Assembly: GCF_004010195.1 (NCBI RefSeq)
Contig: NC_057751.1
Location: forward strand, 7,122,133 to 7,184,132
Length of the DNA stretch: 62,000 nucleotides
Source of the DNA: Chiloscyllium plagiosum
Lineage: Eukaryota
Direction: 5' to 3'
The position numbers and the translations under genes were made by a program. The notes beneath the pieces are model-generated. The model was given only the letters and a program-made list of their open reading frames with translations. It had not been told where the DNA came from and did no database searches. Shown here piece after piece: positions 1 through 12,445 of this stretch; within the stretch, counting starts at the first letter, position 1; each line of letters starts with the position of its first letter.

Positions 1-75
1 TCCACTCAGACAGCCGCCTGAGGGTGGAATCAAACCCGAGGCAGCTCTGCTAACCACCAACCCACTGTGCCACTC
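1..75 (-). mobile_element. 5' end of HE1/V-SINE-type tRNA-derived SINE (truncated by window edge)
   Basis: Reverse complement reads gtggcacagtgggttggtggttagcagagctgcctc...gattccacc...ggcggctgtctgagtgga, matching the heads of the other SINE copies in the window. Confidence 0.65.
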
Positions 76-303
76 TGCTGATATCCTAATGCATTTTATC
101 TCCAGAAGGATTCCAGAGTTGGATGATCAGCCGTGATCATAATAAACAGGGAACAGCTCGAAGGGATGAATGGTGTTCTCCTGCACCTATTTTTATGTTT
201 CTATGGTTGAAGTATTTTGATGCTCTCCTGACCGGCATTCCTACTTTTCATATACTTCAGCTTATCCAAATTTCTGGAGTCAGTCATCGGAACTTGCAGC
301 AAT

Positions 304-508
304 GATGTGGAGATGCCAGTGTTGGATTGGCTTGGACAAAGTCAGAAGTCACACGACACCAGCTTATCGTCCATCAGGCTTACTTGAAATCACAAGCTTT
401 TGGAGCACTGCCGCTTCGCCAGGTGACCACCTGGAGCACTGCTCTGAAAGCTTATGATTTCAAATAAACCTGTTGGACTATAACCTGGTGTCATGTCATT
501 TTGAACTT
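304..508. mobile_element. Penelope-like (PLE)-derived fold-back repeat, family B
   Basis: Imperfect inverted arms (~340-410 vs ~433-508). Same family as 16638-16830, 22362-22402/23543-23604 and 25320-25408. Carries a decayed CTGANGAAGGAGC..GCTCCGAAAGCTT motif. Confidence 0.6.
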
Positions 509-519
509 AGAGCAAGTCC

Positions 520-885
520 AGATAACCCATCATCTCATGTTCACTGACTTCTCATTGGCTCCTCAGTTTTAAAATCCTCTTCCTCCCTCAATTTCAAATT
601 TCTCCACCCCAACCCATCCCTGTCTCCCTGATTTCTTCCAGCTGCTATTTCTCCGAGATCACTGTGGAACTCCAATTCCGGCCTTGTAGTCATTTCCAAT
701 TTTAGGTAATCCATAATAGTGCCATTGCATTCAGCTGTCCAGGCCCAAGGTTCCAGACTGACCTCCCTAAGGCTGTCTGCCTCTCTCTCTCTGTCCCTCC
801 CCTTACGTATATTTTGAAACCTATCATATGGACTAATCTTTCTGTCATCTGTGTCAATGTTTCCAAACCAAATCTAAGATGCTTC
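520..885 (+). mobile_element. Old L2/CR1-clade LINE 3' fragment
   Basis: Degenerate match to L2-type 3' ends (ccatc..ct.ac..cattggctcc..ttttaaaatcctc..gccttcagc..ggaa..ccctccct). A similar fragment lies at 60500-60930. Confidence 0.45.
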
Positions 886-889
886 TGAT

Positions 890-2020
890 AGAGTCATAAA
901 GATGTACAGCACAGAAACAGACTTCAGTTCATCTCGTCCATACTGACTAGATATCCTGGTTACAACACGGGGTAAACCCCTCTGCTAATTTAAATGAGCA
1001 ACACAGAAAAGATTCACCCTGTGCTGTAATCTGTTAAAATTCGAGAGGCAAAGAACTATCTCAAGAGTCACTATTTAAAGTAAAAATTAACAACTTTTTA
1101 AAAAATCTAACAGAGAATAATTAGCTGGCAACTATTTACAACTCCTTTCTCTAAACCTATCTATTACCTTCCCCTCTGTAATACTGGTCCGATAAAAAAA
1201 TCATGATTACGATTTACAAAAAATAGAATCACATTTCAAAACCAGCCAGCTTTGCCGAATATCCTCTGTAGGTTTTCCTCTGTCTTCTCTTCTCTGCTTC
1301 CCAGCTCTTTGATGGATAAAGGTACCTTTAAGCGAGCAGATCTTTCAGCAAGCAGCCTCTCCAGTTGTTGGTGCTGGCTGCTCTTTGCTGCACTGGGTAA
1401 CTGTTCAGAATGTCTGATATTTATACCCCAAAACATCAGATCATTTCATTGGTTTTAACATTATCAAAATACTAAATTCAACTTGATTGGATTTTGGTAA
1501 CTTGGGGCATAATTTGAACTGATTGGCCAAATCAAAATTTGTTATTGTATTCTAGAAACATAGCTCTTAGCTGTTTGACCAAATGTCACATTGTTACCCT
1601 GTTCCGGACTCTCTGTGCATCTCTAAGTCCTTGCTAGCTTTTCAACTCTCTTAAAGGTATATTACCCCTACATCTTCATAACATCCCAAATTAATCTAGT
1701 CCCATTTGCCAGCATTTAGCCCATATCACTGTAAATCCTTCCAAATCATAAGCCCTTCTGGATCCCTTTTAAATGTTGTAATTGTACCAGTCTCCACCAC
1801 CTCCTCTATCAGCTCATTCCATACATGCACCACTTTCTGCATGAAAACGTTACCCCTCAGGTCCCTTTTAAATCTTTTCGCTCTCACTTTTGCCTTCTAG
1901 TTTTGGACTCCCCAACCCTGGCATAAAGACCTTGTTTATTTAGCTTATTCATGCCCCTCTTGATTTTATAAACTTCTACAAGGGTACCATTCAGCCTCCG
2001 ACATTCCAGTGGAAATAGCA
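890..2020 (-). mobile_element. CR1/HER1-type LINE 3' end, interrupted by an LTR at 958-1683
   Basis: Typical tail (atagagtcat..gatgtacagcacagaaacagac). The sequence resumes at 1684 (tcccaaattaatctagtcccatttgccagc), colinear with uninterrupted copies such as 50020-50430. Confidence 0.85.
958..1683 (-). mobile_element. Probable solo LTR (~726 bp, ERV/Gypsy-like)
   Basis: On the - strand it begins TGTTATG and ends GTAACC (decayed TG..CA), with CCAAT boxes (~1486, ~1521) and GGGGTATAAATA (~1417-1428). Imperfect 4-bp TSD tcct/tccc. It cleanly splits a CR1 tail. Confidence 0.6.
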
Positions 2021-2401
2021 TGATGGAACCCTGAAATAACAACAGAGAATTCTCCAAGTACTTAGTATGTCAGGTAGCACGTTTGGAGAGAAACAGAGTT
2101 GATATTCAGCAGGAAAAAAGAAATCCCCTGCTTAACGTGTAAAATACCTGAAAATCTCCCTTTATAGTTATTCTTTAATCTGTACATTAAGTGGACGCTT
2201 TGTTCTCCAATGATACTGAGCTCCTTTTGCCTTTCCCAGCCAGGTAATTTATAATTACTGAATGGACTTGCACAATGTGTATTGTGTTGAAATTCCTCCC
2301 TCAAGCCAAATGTATGTGAAACTTCCAACTTCCAACCTTGAGGCCTCCCACTTATATTTTGTGTGGTGAATAATGAACTCTTGCTGCTGCTTTCTTTCTC
2401 T

Positions 2402-2925
2402 CATAGAGTCAGAGAGTCACACAGCATGGAAACAGACCCTTCGGTCCAACCAGTCCATGCCAACTATAATCCCAAACTAAACTAATCCCACCTGCCTGTG
2501 CATGGTCCATCTCCCAACAAACATGTTTTATTTATGTACTGATCTGAATGTCTTTCAAACAGTGTAACTGCACCCGTATCTACCGCTTCCTTTGGAAGTT
2601 CATTCCACACACGAACCACCCTCTGTGGGAATAAATTGCCACCATGTCTTGTTAAAATCTTTCTTCTCTCACCTTGAAAATATGCCCTCTCGACTTGAAA
2701 TCCTCACCCAAGGGAAAACACACTTGCCATTCACCTTATTTATCTGACCCCCCCTCCCCCCCCCCCCCATGCTCCAGTGGAAAATAAAAACTCAAAGTAT
2801 CCAGCCTATTCTTATAACTCAAAGCCTCCATTCCCAGCAACATCCCAGTGAGTCTCTTCTGAATCCTCTCCAGTTTAATAATAACACTGTGATTACAGGG
2901 TGACCAGAACTGAACACAGGACTCA
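2402..2925 (-). mobile_element. CR1-type LINE 3' fragment
   Basis: Minus-strand peptide CVQFWSP..IIKLERIQKRLTGML is the CR1 ORF2 C-terminus. Family tail at 2402-2440. Confidence 0.85.
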
Positions 2926-2982
2926 GAAAAAGCTTTCTTTCTCTTGGATTCCTTCACACTAAGCCTGTCTGTGACATTCACT

Positions 2983-3279
2983 GAATCATAGAATCTCTAC
3001 AGTGCAGATAGAGGCCATTCAGCCCATTAAGAGTGCACTGATCCTCTTAAAAAACGTCCCACACTATCCTCACATTAATGACTAACCCATCTAGCCTGCA
3101 CATGCCAATCCATTTAACCTGCATATCTTTGGACTGTGTGAGAAAGCCAGAGCACCCAGAGGAAACCCACACAGAGACATGGAGAGAACATGCAAACTCT
3201 ACACAGACAGTCACCCAAGGCTGGTATCAAACCTGGGTCCCAGGCACTGTGAGACAGCAGTGCTGGCCACTGTGCCACC
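2983..3279 (-). mobile_element. HE1/V-SINE-type SINE
   Basis: tRNA-like head (gtggcacagtggccagcactgctg..gggacccaggtt), central gggtttcctctgggtgctctggc domain and gattctatgattc tail. Confidence 0.8.
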
Positions 3280-5106
3280 CTTATAAAAAGGGAAGTTCAC
3301 AAGGTTATTTTGCAATGGCTTGCTGTGTACATTTCCCCAGTTTATGCCAACACGAATCTCATAAGTCTTGTATCTGCAGGGATGTGTGAATTAGTTATCC
3401 TCCAGAACCCTGTCCCCAACTCCATTTTATTTGGAATTAAATCGACAGTTTAAAGTGTAACCATTCTCAAATTCTGACATTCTTTGCACCTCGTTGTCAG
3501 CTGGAAAGAGTTAATCCAACATCAGCACAGCCGCTTGGGGCATTATTTGTAGGTATATATTCCATTTTGTTACTTATCAACCATAGATCCCTCCCACCTA
3601 ACGTTTTAATCAACCACACTACCGAGAGAATTCAAAACAGGTCATGTGATCGCTCGCATTCAACTATTGTCCCCTAATTTAATGACACAGTTCCAAAACA
3701 TAACAACCTTATAAAATCTTGCATTTGTCACAAAGGATCATTAACTCAAAATGTTAATATCTCCTTAAATGGCTTGGTGTCGCATTACTTTTTCATCACA
3801 CTGTTGTACATCTTGGGATGTTCTCCTACATAAAAGGTGACATTTAAATGCAAGTTATAACTAATCCCGAGTCTCCCATTGCTGATACAAAAGAGTTACT
3901 TCAGAGGATGGTTCCGAATCAACCATACTGGGAGCAGAATGGATCAATTACAGTTTCATGGTAAACAAATGTTGAGCAATCCAATTTTATGTGTGTTGTT
4001 ATTTCGAGATTTTATTTCCCACTCAACGTGAGTTCTAAAATTGTCATTTAAATTCACATTACTAAATTACTATTCCAAATCTATGGATCTCTGGTCCAGT
4101 GTCAAATCGACAATGAGACTGTACTCTTCAAGAATCATGATGGGATGGACACGTTTCCCTGGGGAACCATGTCCCGGACAGCCAACATACTGAGAAAAGA
4201 ACATTTGTCGTCAGGATTGCAGAAAACTCTTGGATTCACCAACATTCCTTTCTCAAGAGAAACTCCACTCGTTTCTGTAACAATGTGCCTTCTTTGTGAC
4301 CTTCCTTGTGGGGAGTTTATACAGATGTCATTGATTGTTGCCATAATCCGAATTGAAGAAGCGTAAACACTTCCCTCTCACTTGACTGGAGTTCCACAAG
4401 GAGACAAGCTTTGATGTTGCCATCTGCACAATCTCTTCATCATGAAATGTGCTGCCGAAGTCTAATAATCATCAGTAGTTAAAAACAATAGAAAGTCTCT
4501 GTGAGACATATCTCCTGGAGCATTTTTAGAAGGGATCAAATTGATTTTTTTCTTCCTTCCTTTGAGGAGCCTTCATAAGCACAATTGGAAATAATTTTTA
4601 AAATGCTCGACATTCTCCAATCTCTTTTGCATCAGCTTAATGCTTAAATCTTTCAGTAATTATTAGGACATGGGTTGAGAATTTATTGGAATGAGATATT
4701 CTTGTGAGATTTGGAACCAAGAATGCATGAATGAAAGCAGAGTATCCTGTCAACCTCATTGCAACTAGTGTGTATCTATGAGCTGATTGGAAGTGGTTCT
4801 GGCTAGAGGGACATGAGACAAATTTGGTACAAGACGGCATTTCCAACATCTCTTTCAGTCACCTGTACTTACTTTATTTGGAAGGATTGTTTGAGGTCTT
4901 AATGAACGCTTTATGCATTTCTCAAAGAATACATTACCATGAAGGTGGTCCTGCACCCTATTTCTGGAGTCACATTGAGAGAGGGAATAGCCTCCAGGTT
5001 TCCTGTGGGAAAAATTTGCAGTCAGTTTAAAAGTTGTCTTAATCATAATTTGACAGTTCCTTGGACTTGGAGATGAACTTTAAATGTACCCTATCTGCTC
5101 TTACAG

Positions 5107-5285
5107 GATGAGAGAGAAGCTGTTCACTTCTGTGCACAAGCAGCAAGTGATGTGGCCACGTTAGCAGGTCCCAAAGCATTTAAAATCCCATATTCCATCA
5201 GACAGAAGATCTGTACCACCTTTGATGTTCCCAGTGCTTCGGGCAAAGACTGGCGGCTCTTAGCACAAAAACTCCACATAGACAG
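5107..5285 (+). CDS. unc5d: UNC5D-like netrin receptor, penultimate coding exon (start of death domain)
   Basis: ttacag|GAT...GACAG|gtgagt, 179 nt. Translates DEREAVHFCAQAASDVATLAGPKAFKIPYSIRQKICTTFDVPSASGKDWRLLAQKLHIDR. GPKAFKIPYSIRQ and GKDW are UNC5D-like. Family assignment is secure; paralog assignment is less so. Confidence 0.9.
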
Positions 5286-6269
5286 GTGAGTCGAACCAAA
5301 GCAAATTAACCAGTGAATTAGTGATTTGTCTCCTTTCCAAAGGTTTTCATTGGTTTTCATTGAGGTCAAGTTTGCTTAATCTTGCCTGTAAAAAGAGCGA
5401 AGTATTCAGAGTGTCATGACGAAGTCTGTTTACAGCAGCCATATCACAGCATGCCAGGACCCAGATAAGTCCATCAGAGAAAGGCACTCACAAAGGCCTA
5501 GGTTTTACTGCTGTCAGCTACTGGTGTAGAATGACCTTGGGTGGAGCATTTTAAGAACCCGAGTGTGCACTGTCTCTCTGGTCATGTGAATTGACATGCT
5601 TTTACCGCCTGGCAACTAAAGAAGGTTGCTCCAAACCGTTTGCAGTGTTGCAACAATATCTGGCCACACAGCATCACCTGATCTGTCAAATTCCAGCTCT
5701 TTTTCAACCGAGATATTAAACTCTGGCAGGCCTTTCTAGTATGGAGGCATCATTGTCCACCTTGATCATGCCCTAGCCAGCAGCCGAATGTACTTAGTCC
5801 CAGCATATACCATGAAATGAGTTCTTCTGTAGTGCAGTGACAATGTCCCTACCTCTGGGCCAAGAGTCCACATTCAAGTTCCAACTGCCCCATTGGTGTA
5901 TCACAATGTGTCTGGGTAGTCTGATTAAAAATATGTGTGTATGCCATAGAAAGGTAGGATCATTAAGCAAAGGTCATTGCTATCAATTTTTGTGTAATGT
6001 GACAGATTGTAGGGATCTCAGTTCCCTCATATGTGAGATTTCTGAAGAGACCTTAAGTATTAATTTTGTTTTGGATAGTACAACAGAATGAGAGAAATTG
6101 GAAGCAAGCATCCACTGTCCATTTCTCCTCGTTCTCAACAATAGTTAAAATTGTCCTAGAAATTGCAGGCAAGTGGCCAGTTAGGATGTGTGCAGTGACT
6201 GGTGTCATCAGGCTGTGGAAATGCTCAATTCTTCTCAGTGTGGTCTTACTTTTTATTCTTGCTTTGTAG

Positions 6270-6462
6270 GAACCTGAGTTACTTTGCAGTTAAAAGCAGC
6301 CCCGCTGGTACAATCTTGGACATATGGGAGGCACAGCATCAAAATGACAGAGACCTTGACTCTCTGGCCAGTGCTCTCGAGGAAATAGGCAGGATCCAGT
6401 GTCCTGCCTCAATGACAGCTGAAGGCGACGGTGATGAATCAGACTACAACTACGGTGGATGA
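6270..6462 (+). CDS. unc5d: UNC5D-like netrin receptor, last coding exon (death domain C-terminus)
   Basis: ttgtag|G AAC CTG. The phase-2 junction matches the previous exon. Translates [63 protein letters not shown], with TGA at 6460-6462. Confidence 0.92.
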
Positions 6463-6497
6463 ATCAGAACCCCTTGCCATTATTCCAGGAGGACTCT

Positions 6498-6551
6498 GGG
6501 TCCAGCTCACCCCTGAGCGGGTTCAGCTCACCCCTGAGCAAGTTCAGCTCA
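6498..6551 (+). repeat. 21-bp tandem repeat, ~2.6 copies
   Basis: gggtccagctcacccctgagc / gggttcagctcacccctgagc / aagttcagctca. Confidence 0.9.
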
Positions 6552-6993
6552 GTCACAATATCGGAAAGATTTCTCAGGAAATGAAATATGGTTTACTGTC
6601 CAGATCTTTGGATGTGTATGTAAATAGAAATTTACTTGTAAATACTTTGAACAAGGGTGCACCAATTATAATTTATCAGACCAATTTAATCAACAGTTTG
6701 TTGATTGGCTACAAAAAAAAAGCATTCATAGTTTGACTGGAAAATCCCTGGAATTACACCCCGCTACATCCCGCTGTTACTTCAGAGGTGCATCCGAAAT
6801 CCTCTAAAGCTCTGAGGAATTTCCCAACTTAAATGATTGCATACTGCTGTTTATCGAAAGCAACCTTTCAGCCTCGCCCTGTGGCAGTGAAGAGAGCAAG
6901 CCGTTGTCAATAAGCAGTATTTTGAGTTCTTGGTTACTGTTGACTGCACTGGTACTGAAACATCAATTGTTGCCCTGGTGACTGTGAGTTAAG

Positions 6994-7229
6994 TGTAGTG
7001 ACTGTAACAAGGTCAGCCGGGTGGACCTCACAGAATCTGAGTTCCCCAATTGGGGCTATTAACCTGGTCCAATCAGGGAGCCCTGACTGACAGATATAAA
7101 CAGGAGTGTTAGGGATTCTGTTCACTCTGAGAGCTGGCTCTGTGGGAGCTGGATCGGTGTCAAGGATTCTCCATGTGTAAATAAAGAGTGATCTGTTGAT
7201 GGGATGTCGGTCTCCATGAAGTTATTTTA
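6994..7229 (+). mobile_element. Solo LTR (236 bp) with 5-bp TSD
   Basis: TGTAGTG...GTTATTTTA flanked by exact TTAAG (6989-6993, 7230-7234). Internal CCAAT, TATAAA (~7094-7099) and AATAAA (7180-7185). A second family member lies at 33187-33962. Confidence 0.85.
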
Positions 7230-10200
7230 TTAAGCAAGGGCAGTAATCCATTTATAAGCAAGTGATTCTCTGGTGCTGTAAAGCAGGGAGGTAATCAGTG
7301 ATATAAGCTTGTTAAATTACCTCAGAAACAAGTGGTTTTCAAACAGGTCGCGTGACCAACACTCTTTGAGTGGACCGCTGAAAAATTCATCACTTGACCA
7401 CCCACCTCCAAGTTCCTAGTTCAGTCAAACATCCTCTTCATTGAAAGATAAAAAAGAACACACCTCACTGACTCTGTAAGATCTGAAGACCTTATTTAGA
7501 AGCACACAACTAGCAGTGCACATTTTGTTGAACAGTCACATTGTGCACATCTGTGCAATTAGTAATGCACCCGGCCCTCCCCCACCAACCTTTCTGGGCT
7601 AGGGAATTAGCAGACTGCAGTCCTCTCTATCTGCAACAATCAAACTAATCCAAACAGAGCGAGAAAATTTGTGATGTACCCTTTAATGCTGAAGGAATGA
7701 ACTCTACACTCTGTCAGCTTTGGGCGTGAATGGCGATGGGGACTGGGGTCTGAGAGATTGGCGGCTACTTCAAAAAAAACAGCCTCTCTCAGCAGTAACC
7801 GTACCCCGAACGTGAATCACTTGTCTGTGTGTGATGTCCAGTGCACGTGGATGTGTAAACTTGTGTAGATGCTGATCTGTTGTGCAGACAAAACCAAACC
7901 AGGGTCAACCAGTTGTGGCCTCTTGTTTCTGAAGCAGAGCTTCACTGGTACAGCTATGCCATATTTTTACAATGTTGGTGACGGGTTGTTTAAACTGTGA
8001 AGCATGATTGTGCAGGAAGTTTTTGCCCTGCAAGTACTGCAGTTTCTTTGTTCTGTTTCCTTTATAAAACCTTACTTTTGTGAAGGATATTGAAAATGTC
8101 TAAAAGGGAAGAAAATCTATTTTAAGTGATCTGGTGGCGGAGCAGCAGGAGAGTCTCCTCTTCGACCCTGGTTCAAATTGGTTTAATCAATTGAAATAAT
8201 CATTGAAATAATTGTTGCACCCTTATACTTAAGCAATTCATCCATTCTCTCTGGTTCCTTGTGTATATTGTCTTGTTCACACACATCTGATGTATGTATA
8301 CCTGCTGAACTCTTGACAGATTTTGTAAGCTATTTACTGGTGCCTCCATTCTGCTCATCAATCAGCAAAGCCCTATTTCTATTGAAGTCCACATGTAAAG
8401 GGTTACTTCACAGACTGGTGGTCCCTTGTGGTTTTATTTGTGTACAAATGATCATAAAGTTTCTGTGGGTCTTGAACTTTCTCCTTGTCTTGATTGATGG
8501 ACCATTCCATCGTGTGTGGATTGACAAAATGGTTGCAGGAGCAAAACCATAGAACTGGAAGTGTGAACAGTTATTGTTCTGAGAATGCTGAGCTGTGTGT
8601 TTGATTTACATGTGCTACAGCCTTATCTCGCAACCCATTGTCAAACCTCCTTATGCCCCCCTCACCCCCCCCCCCCCCTCCCCAGCACTTCTTGTCCCAC
8701 ATTGTGTTGATTTCGCATTTCTCAGCATTGCTTACCAACCCTCTTCTGTGTCTGCCTGCATCCCAATTTGGCCCTTCTTTCCAAGTGTATGCATCTCCTG
8801 AACGTCTCTTATTCTTTTCCTCTCATTCAGAGGATGAGGGCATCACTAACCAGTATTTGCTTCTGCTCCCCGGTTGCCGTTGAGAAGGGTCAGTGAGCCA
8901 TCTTCTTGTCAGGCAGGGAGTTTTTTTTTCAGCCGATCCAACTGAATGGCTTGCTCACTCATTGTAGAGTTCAGCAAAGAACTTGATTACATTGATGAGG
9001 GTCTGCTGCTCTCCCTAACTCCACTCTTGTAGATGATTCTTCCACCTCTGTCCTTCCTGAAATACCACAATCTTCCCTCCCTCCTCGAAAGTTCTCCTCT
9101 TAGTTCCTTGCGAATACTTACACCAGCTCTTTCATCTGAACTGTGCTATTAGCCTCCCCCCACCCCCACCAAGCTGTCATTTTTTTTCCATTTCCTCTTG
9201 AGATATTTATCACTGAAAAGCATTGTAGTGATCAAAGATTGGTGGATGGTTTGTCAAGCATTCCACCAGCATCTTTGAGGCAATCTCTTTGGATTGCGTT
9301 GCATTAAATTTGTGACATTTAGTTTTGGACTTCACTAAACTCTTATTTAAACCATTTCTTTTTGCCTCTTTTATTTAAGGCTGCTTTAATGTCCAGTTGC
9401 AGTTAAAGGGATACATAAACAACCGTCAGCGAGTGATTCATGAGATAAAGATGGAGAGCAGGAGATATGAAAGGAATAGAATGCTGAGGTAGGTGTGAAG
9501 GAGAGTTTGAGGGAGAGAAAGAATTAGTTCATCGAAATAGAGTAAGATAAATTTAGTGACAATATAGTTGCTTGTAGTAATCTGCGTGGTGTGCATGTTA
9601 TTTACTCATGTGCATGTTTTGTATTCCCTGTTGGTCGTCCCCTTCTCATTTATAAGTTATCTCCAGGAGCTGCGGGGTCAGGCATGTGGCTTGTTTGCCA
9701 ACAGGGGGAAAAGACCAGAAAAAGGTGCACCGCAAGGAAAGATGGAGGACAGCCAATGTAACATCTAGCCACATTTCAATTATCCCAGGTGCCAGAGATC
9801 ATTGAACCAGGCCCACTGTTGGAAAGGGGATGATCTGTTCATCCACTCTATACCATGCCTGATTTTCACTACTTTATCTGGTTAATTATTTTGATATTCA
9901 AATGATCCTTTTAAATGGATTTTCATTCATTCAAATTGTGACTCTTCTGAATTATAGGAAGTAATATTTTGTATAGTCTTATTTATACTGCTTTATTTCT
10001 GTCAGTTTGGAGGCTCAATGAAATTACTTTGTGAATGGAAATGCCCTATTCCTATATTAACATCAGTCACTAAAAAAATGAGTTGCATCAAGGCTTTTCA
10101 TGAACAATGTAGGTGGCAGTCTCGGCTCAAAGAATGGTTCATGTACACTTTACAATTCCAATTAATTATTTTCAGTTTTAGGTCCCTCCACTGTCCTCTG

Positions 10201-11394
10201 GAGCAGTGAGTGTTGCCAAAAGGCTGCACAAATAAAATATAACCACTTCTCACCCCGCACTGAAACAACAATGGTCATCAGTGGGATTTGCAAAGTGGAC
10301 TGTGCCCATGATTAATGGACCCCTTTTAGCCTTGAAACATGGAACAGAAATTCAAGTCCTTCGGTTCACACAGGGATGTCCACAACTGTTCTCGTGCATC
10401 AAAAAACAAGGGCCAGGTCTTGAATGACAATTGAGCCCGCATAAGGCATTTCCTGATTCCAAGGTTGCAATTCAACAGATCCCAGGACCTGTGAGGGAGT
10501 CTCTGGTGGCTTATTGTGTGTGAGAACATGGCAGTCATGTGGCTGAAAAACTGATTGCAGGTTTTAAAGCAGTGATTATAGGGATCAACAACTGCTATGA
10601 TGCAGAAAATATTTCTCACTTTCCTCATGGTGCATGCTCTCGGGGGCTAAGACCTTGTAGACAAAGAGGTCAAAATTGAAAGGGAATCAATGGCCTCAAT
10701 TTCCCATAAGAATTACCACTGCAAATATATTAGTGAAGTGCTGCTCAAACTGATTGCTGAAGACTGCCTCTAAATGGATCAGTAATCAAAGACTCCCTTT
10801 TAAATTATAATATGATAAAACCACTTGGAATATCTGAGTGAATTTGCACTTTCATGACCATTTTTGAATTTAATTGCTTAAATATTGATTAAGTTCCCCC
10901 CTTTTGAAAAAGTTAAACTTGCCTGCCTCCGACCTTAGTAACAGTGGGTAATTTTCCTTGCTTTTCACATTGCTCCTCTGTGTGCCTTCCCCTCTGATCT
11001 GAGGCAGCTGGCTCACTCTGCAAGTCATAAATGAGCCTTGACCCTCAACGTCTCCCTCACTTTTGCATACTGCTTGACTGTTTTGCTTGTCCACGCATGC
11101 ATAAAGTTTAAGGCCCAGCCTATATGCCTTTCCATAGACCTGTGTGTGTATTGACCTCATCCATCTCAAAAACCCTGTGTGTGCACTGGACTCCTCCTCC
11201 TCTGCTGTCCCAGGCCCTGCCTAAAGACGAGAATCCTGATCCCACAGAGCCCATCGGCTGTAGCTTTCCAAAGTTGTACTGCATTGACCCTGTTCTCAAG
11301 ACTTGGAAATGGTCACGACCCCTCAGTCAGACCTGTGATCGCAGAGATGAGGGATGACCTTTTGGTGGATGGGAGCGTGGATTAGATGGATTGG

Positions 11395-11546
11395 CCATCG
11401 TGCCCAGGGATGTGCACGCCGGATGAATTAGCTAGGTGGGAAATGTGGGGTTACGGGTATAGGGTGGGTGTGGGTGGATTGGTGTGGACTCAATGGGCCA
11501 AATGACCTGCTTCCACACTGCAGGGAGACTGTGATTCTGTGAATCT
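11395..11546 (+). mobile_element. HE1/V-SINE 3' half
   Basis: ggattggccat...ggactcaatgggccaaatgacctgcttccacactgcaggga..gattct tail, shared with the other copies. Confidence 0.7.
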
Positions 11547-12107
11547 TGAAAGAGTCGGGAATGCAGGCAACAGCTGCCATACAATTGCTGGAAAATTGCA
11601 AAAGGACACAAGAACATGGGACGAAAGTCACCCGTTAATGAGAACACAGACCTTGAACAGAATAATTGGACATCAGCGCCTGAATTACCTTAACCCTTGC
11701 ATTCATAGATACATTGAGGTGCTGTTAATGAAATAATAGAACAGAACAGCATAATATCTAGGAGCAGGAATAGGTCATTCAGCTGTTACAGCTGGCTATT
11801 CCATTCAGTGAGATCATGGCTGATCTTCCACACCCAACTCCATTCTTGTGCACTATCCCATAACCCTTCATGTTTTTAGTATGTTGATATCTATTGACCT
11901 CTGTCCAAACAGATTCAATAACTGAGCTTCCACAGCCCTGTAGGGTGGACAGTTGTAAAGATTCAACCACTGAGTGAGGAAACTCAAGTGCCTAGAAACA
12001 GATGAGGAGATTTATTGTTTAAAGAACATCTTTGAATGTTCAACACAGTGGATTATGTTTGCCATGTCAGTGAGCTTAGAGCGAAGGTGGCAGCCTCCCA
12101 ACATGTT

Positions 12108-12445
12108 TGATTTGATTTATTATTGTCACATGTACCAAAGTGCAGTGAAAACTTTTGTTTTGCATGCAGTACAGCAGATCATAACATACAAAGACACATC
12201 GATCAGAGGGTGATCGAATAGAGTAAGGAATACAAGGCTGCGGCTCCAAAGAAAGCGTACAAAAAGCAAGATCGATATTTCATTTGAAATGTGAGATGTC
12301 TATTAACAGCGGGGAAGGAGCTGTTCTTGAATGTATTGATATGTGTATTCAAACTTTTGTATCTTCTGCCTGGTGGAAGAGGTTGAAGAGATTATGACTG
12401 GGGTAGGAGGGGCCTTTGATGATGTTGGCTGCCTTTCGGTGGCAA
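12108..12445 (-). mobile_element. Rex1/Babar-like LINE 3' fragment
   Basis: Minus-strand peptide CCHRKAANIIKGPSYPSHNLFNLF resembles the Rex/Babar RT C-terminal motif (KAxxIIKDPSHPxHxLF). Ends ...catgtgacaataataaatcaaatcaaa. Confidence 0.65.

Larger units (their letters stand above)
6463..10260 (+). other. Putative 3' UTR of the UNC5D-like gene (end uncertain)
   Basis: Transposon-poor, U-rich stretch after the stop. Pumilio elements TGTAAATA at 6619-6626 and 6637-6644. AATAAA candidates at 7180-7185 (LTR-derived) and 10231-10236. Confidence 0.45.

Noticed and set aside
3300..5100. ORFs 4145-4366 and 4824-5030 as a possible upstream UNC5 UPA-domain exon
   Set aside because: No convincing UPA similarity or matching splice phase; the IPFSR match is short and probably chance.
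6498..6551. Short direct repeats as a CRISPR-like array
   Set aside because: Head-to-tail minisatellite without spacers in a vertebrate 3' UTR.
10870..11385. Overlapping ORFs in unique sequence after the UNC5D-like UTR
   Set aside because: No recognisable homology or splice structure; lengths are compatible with chance.
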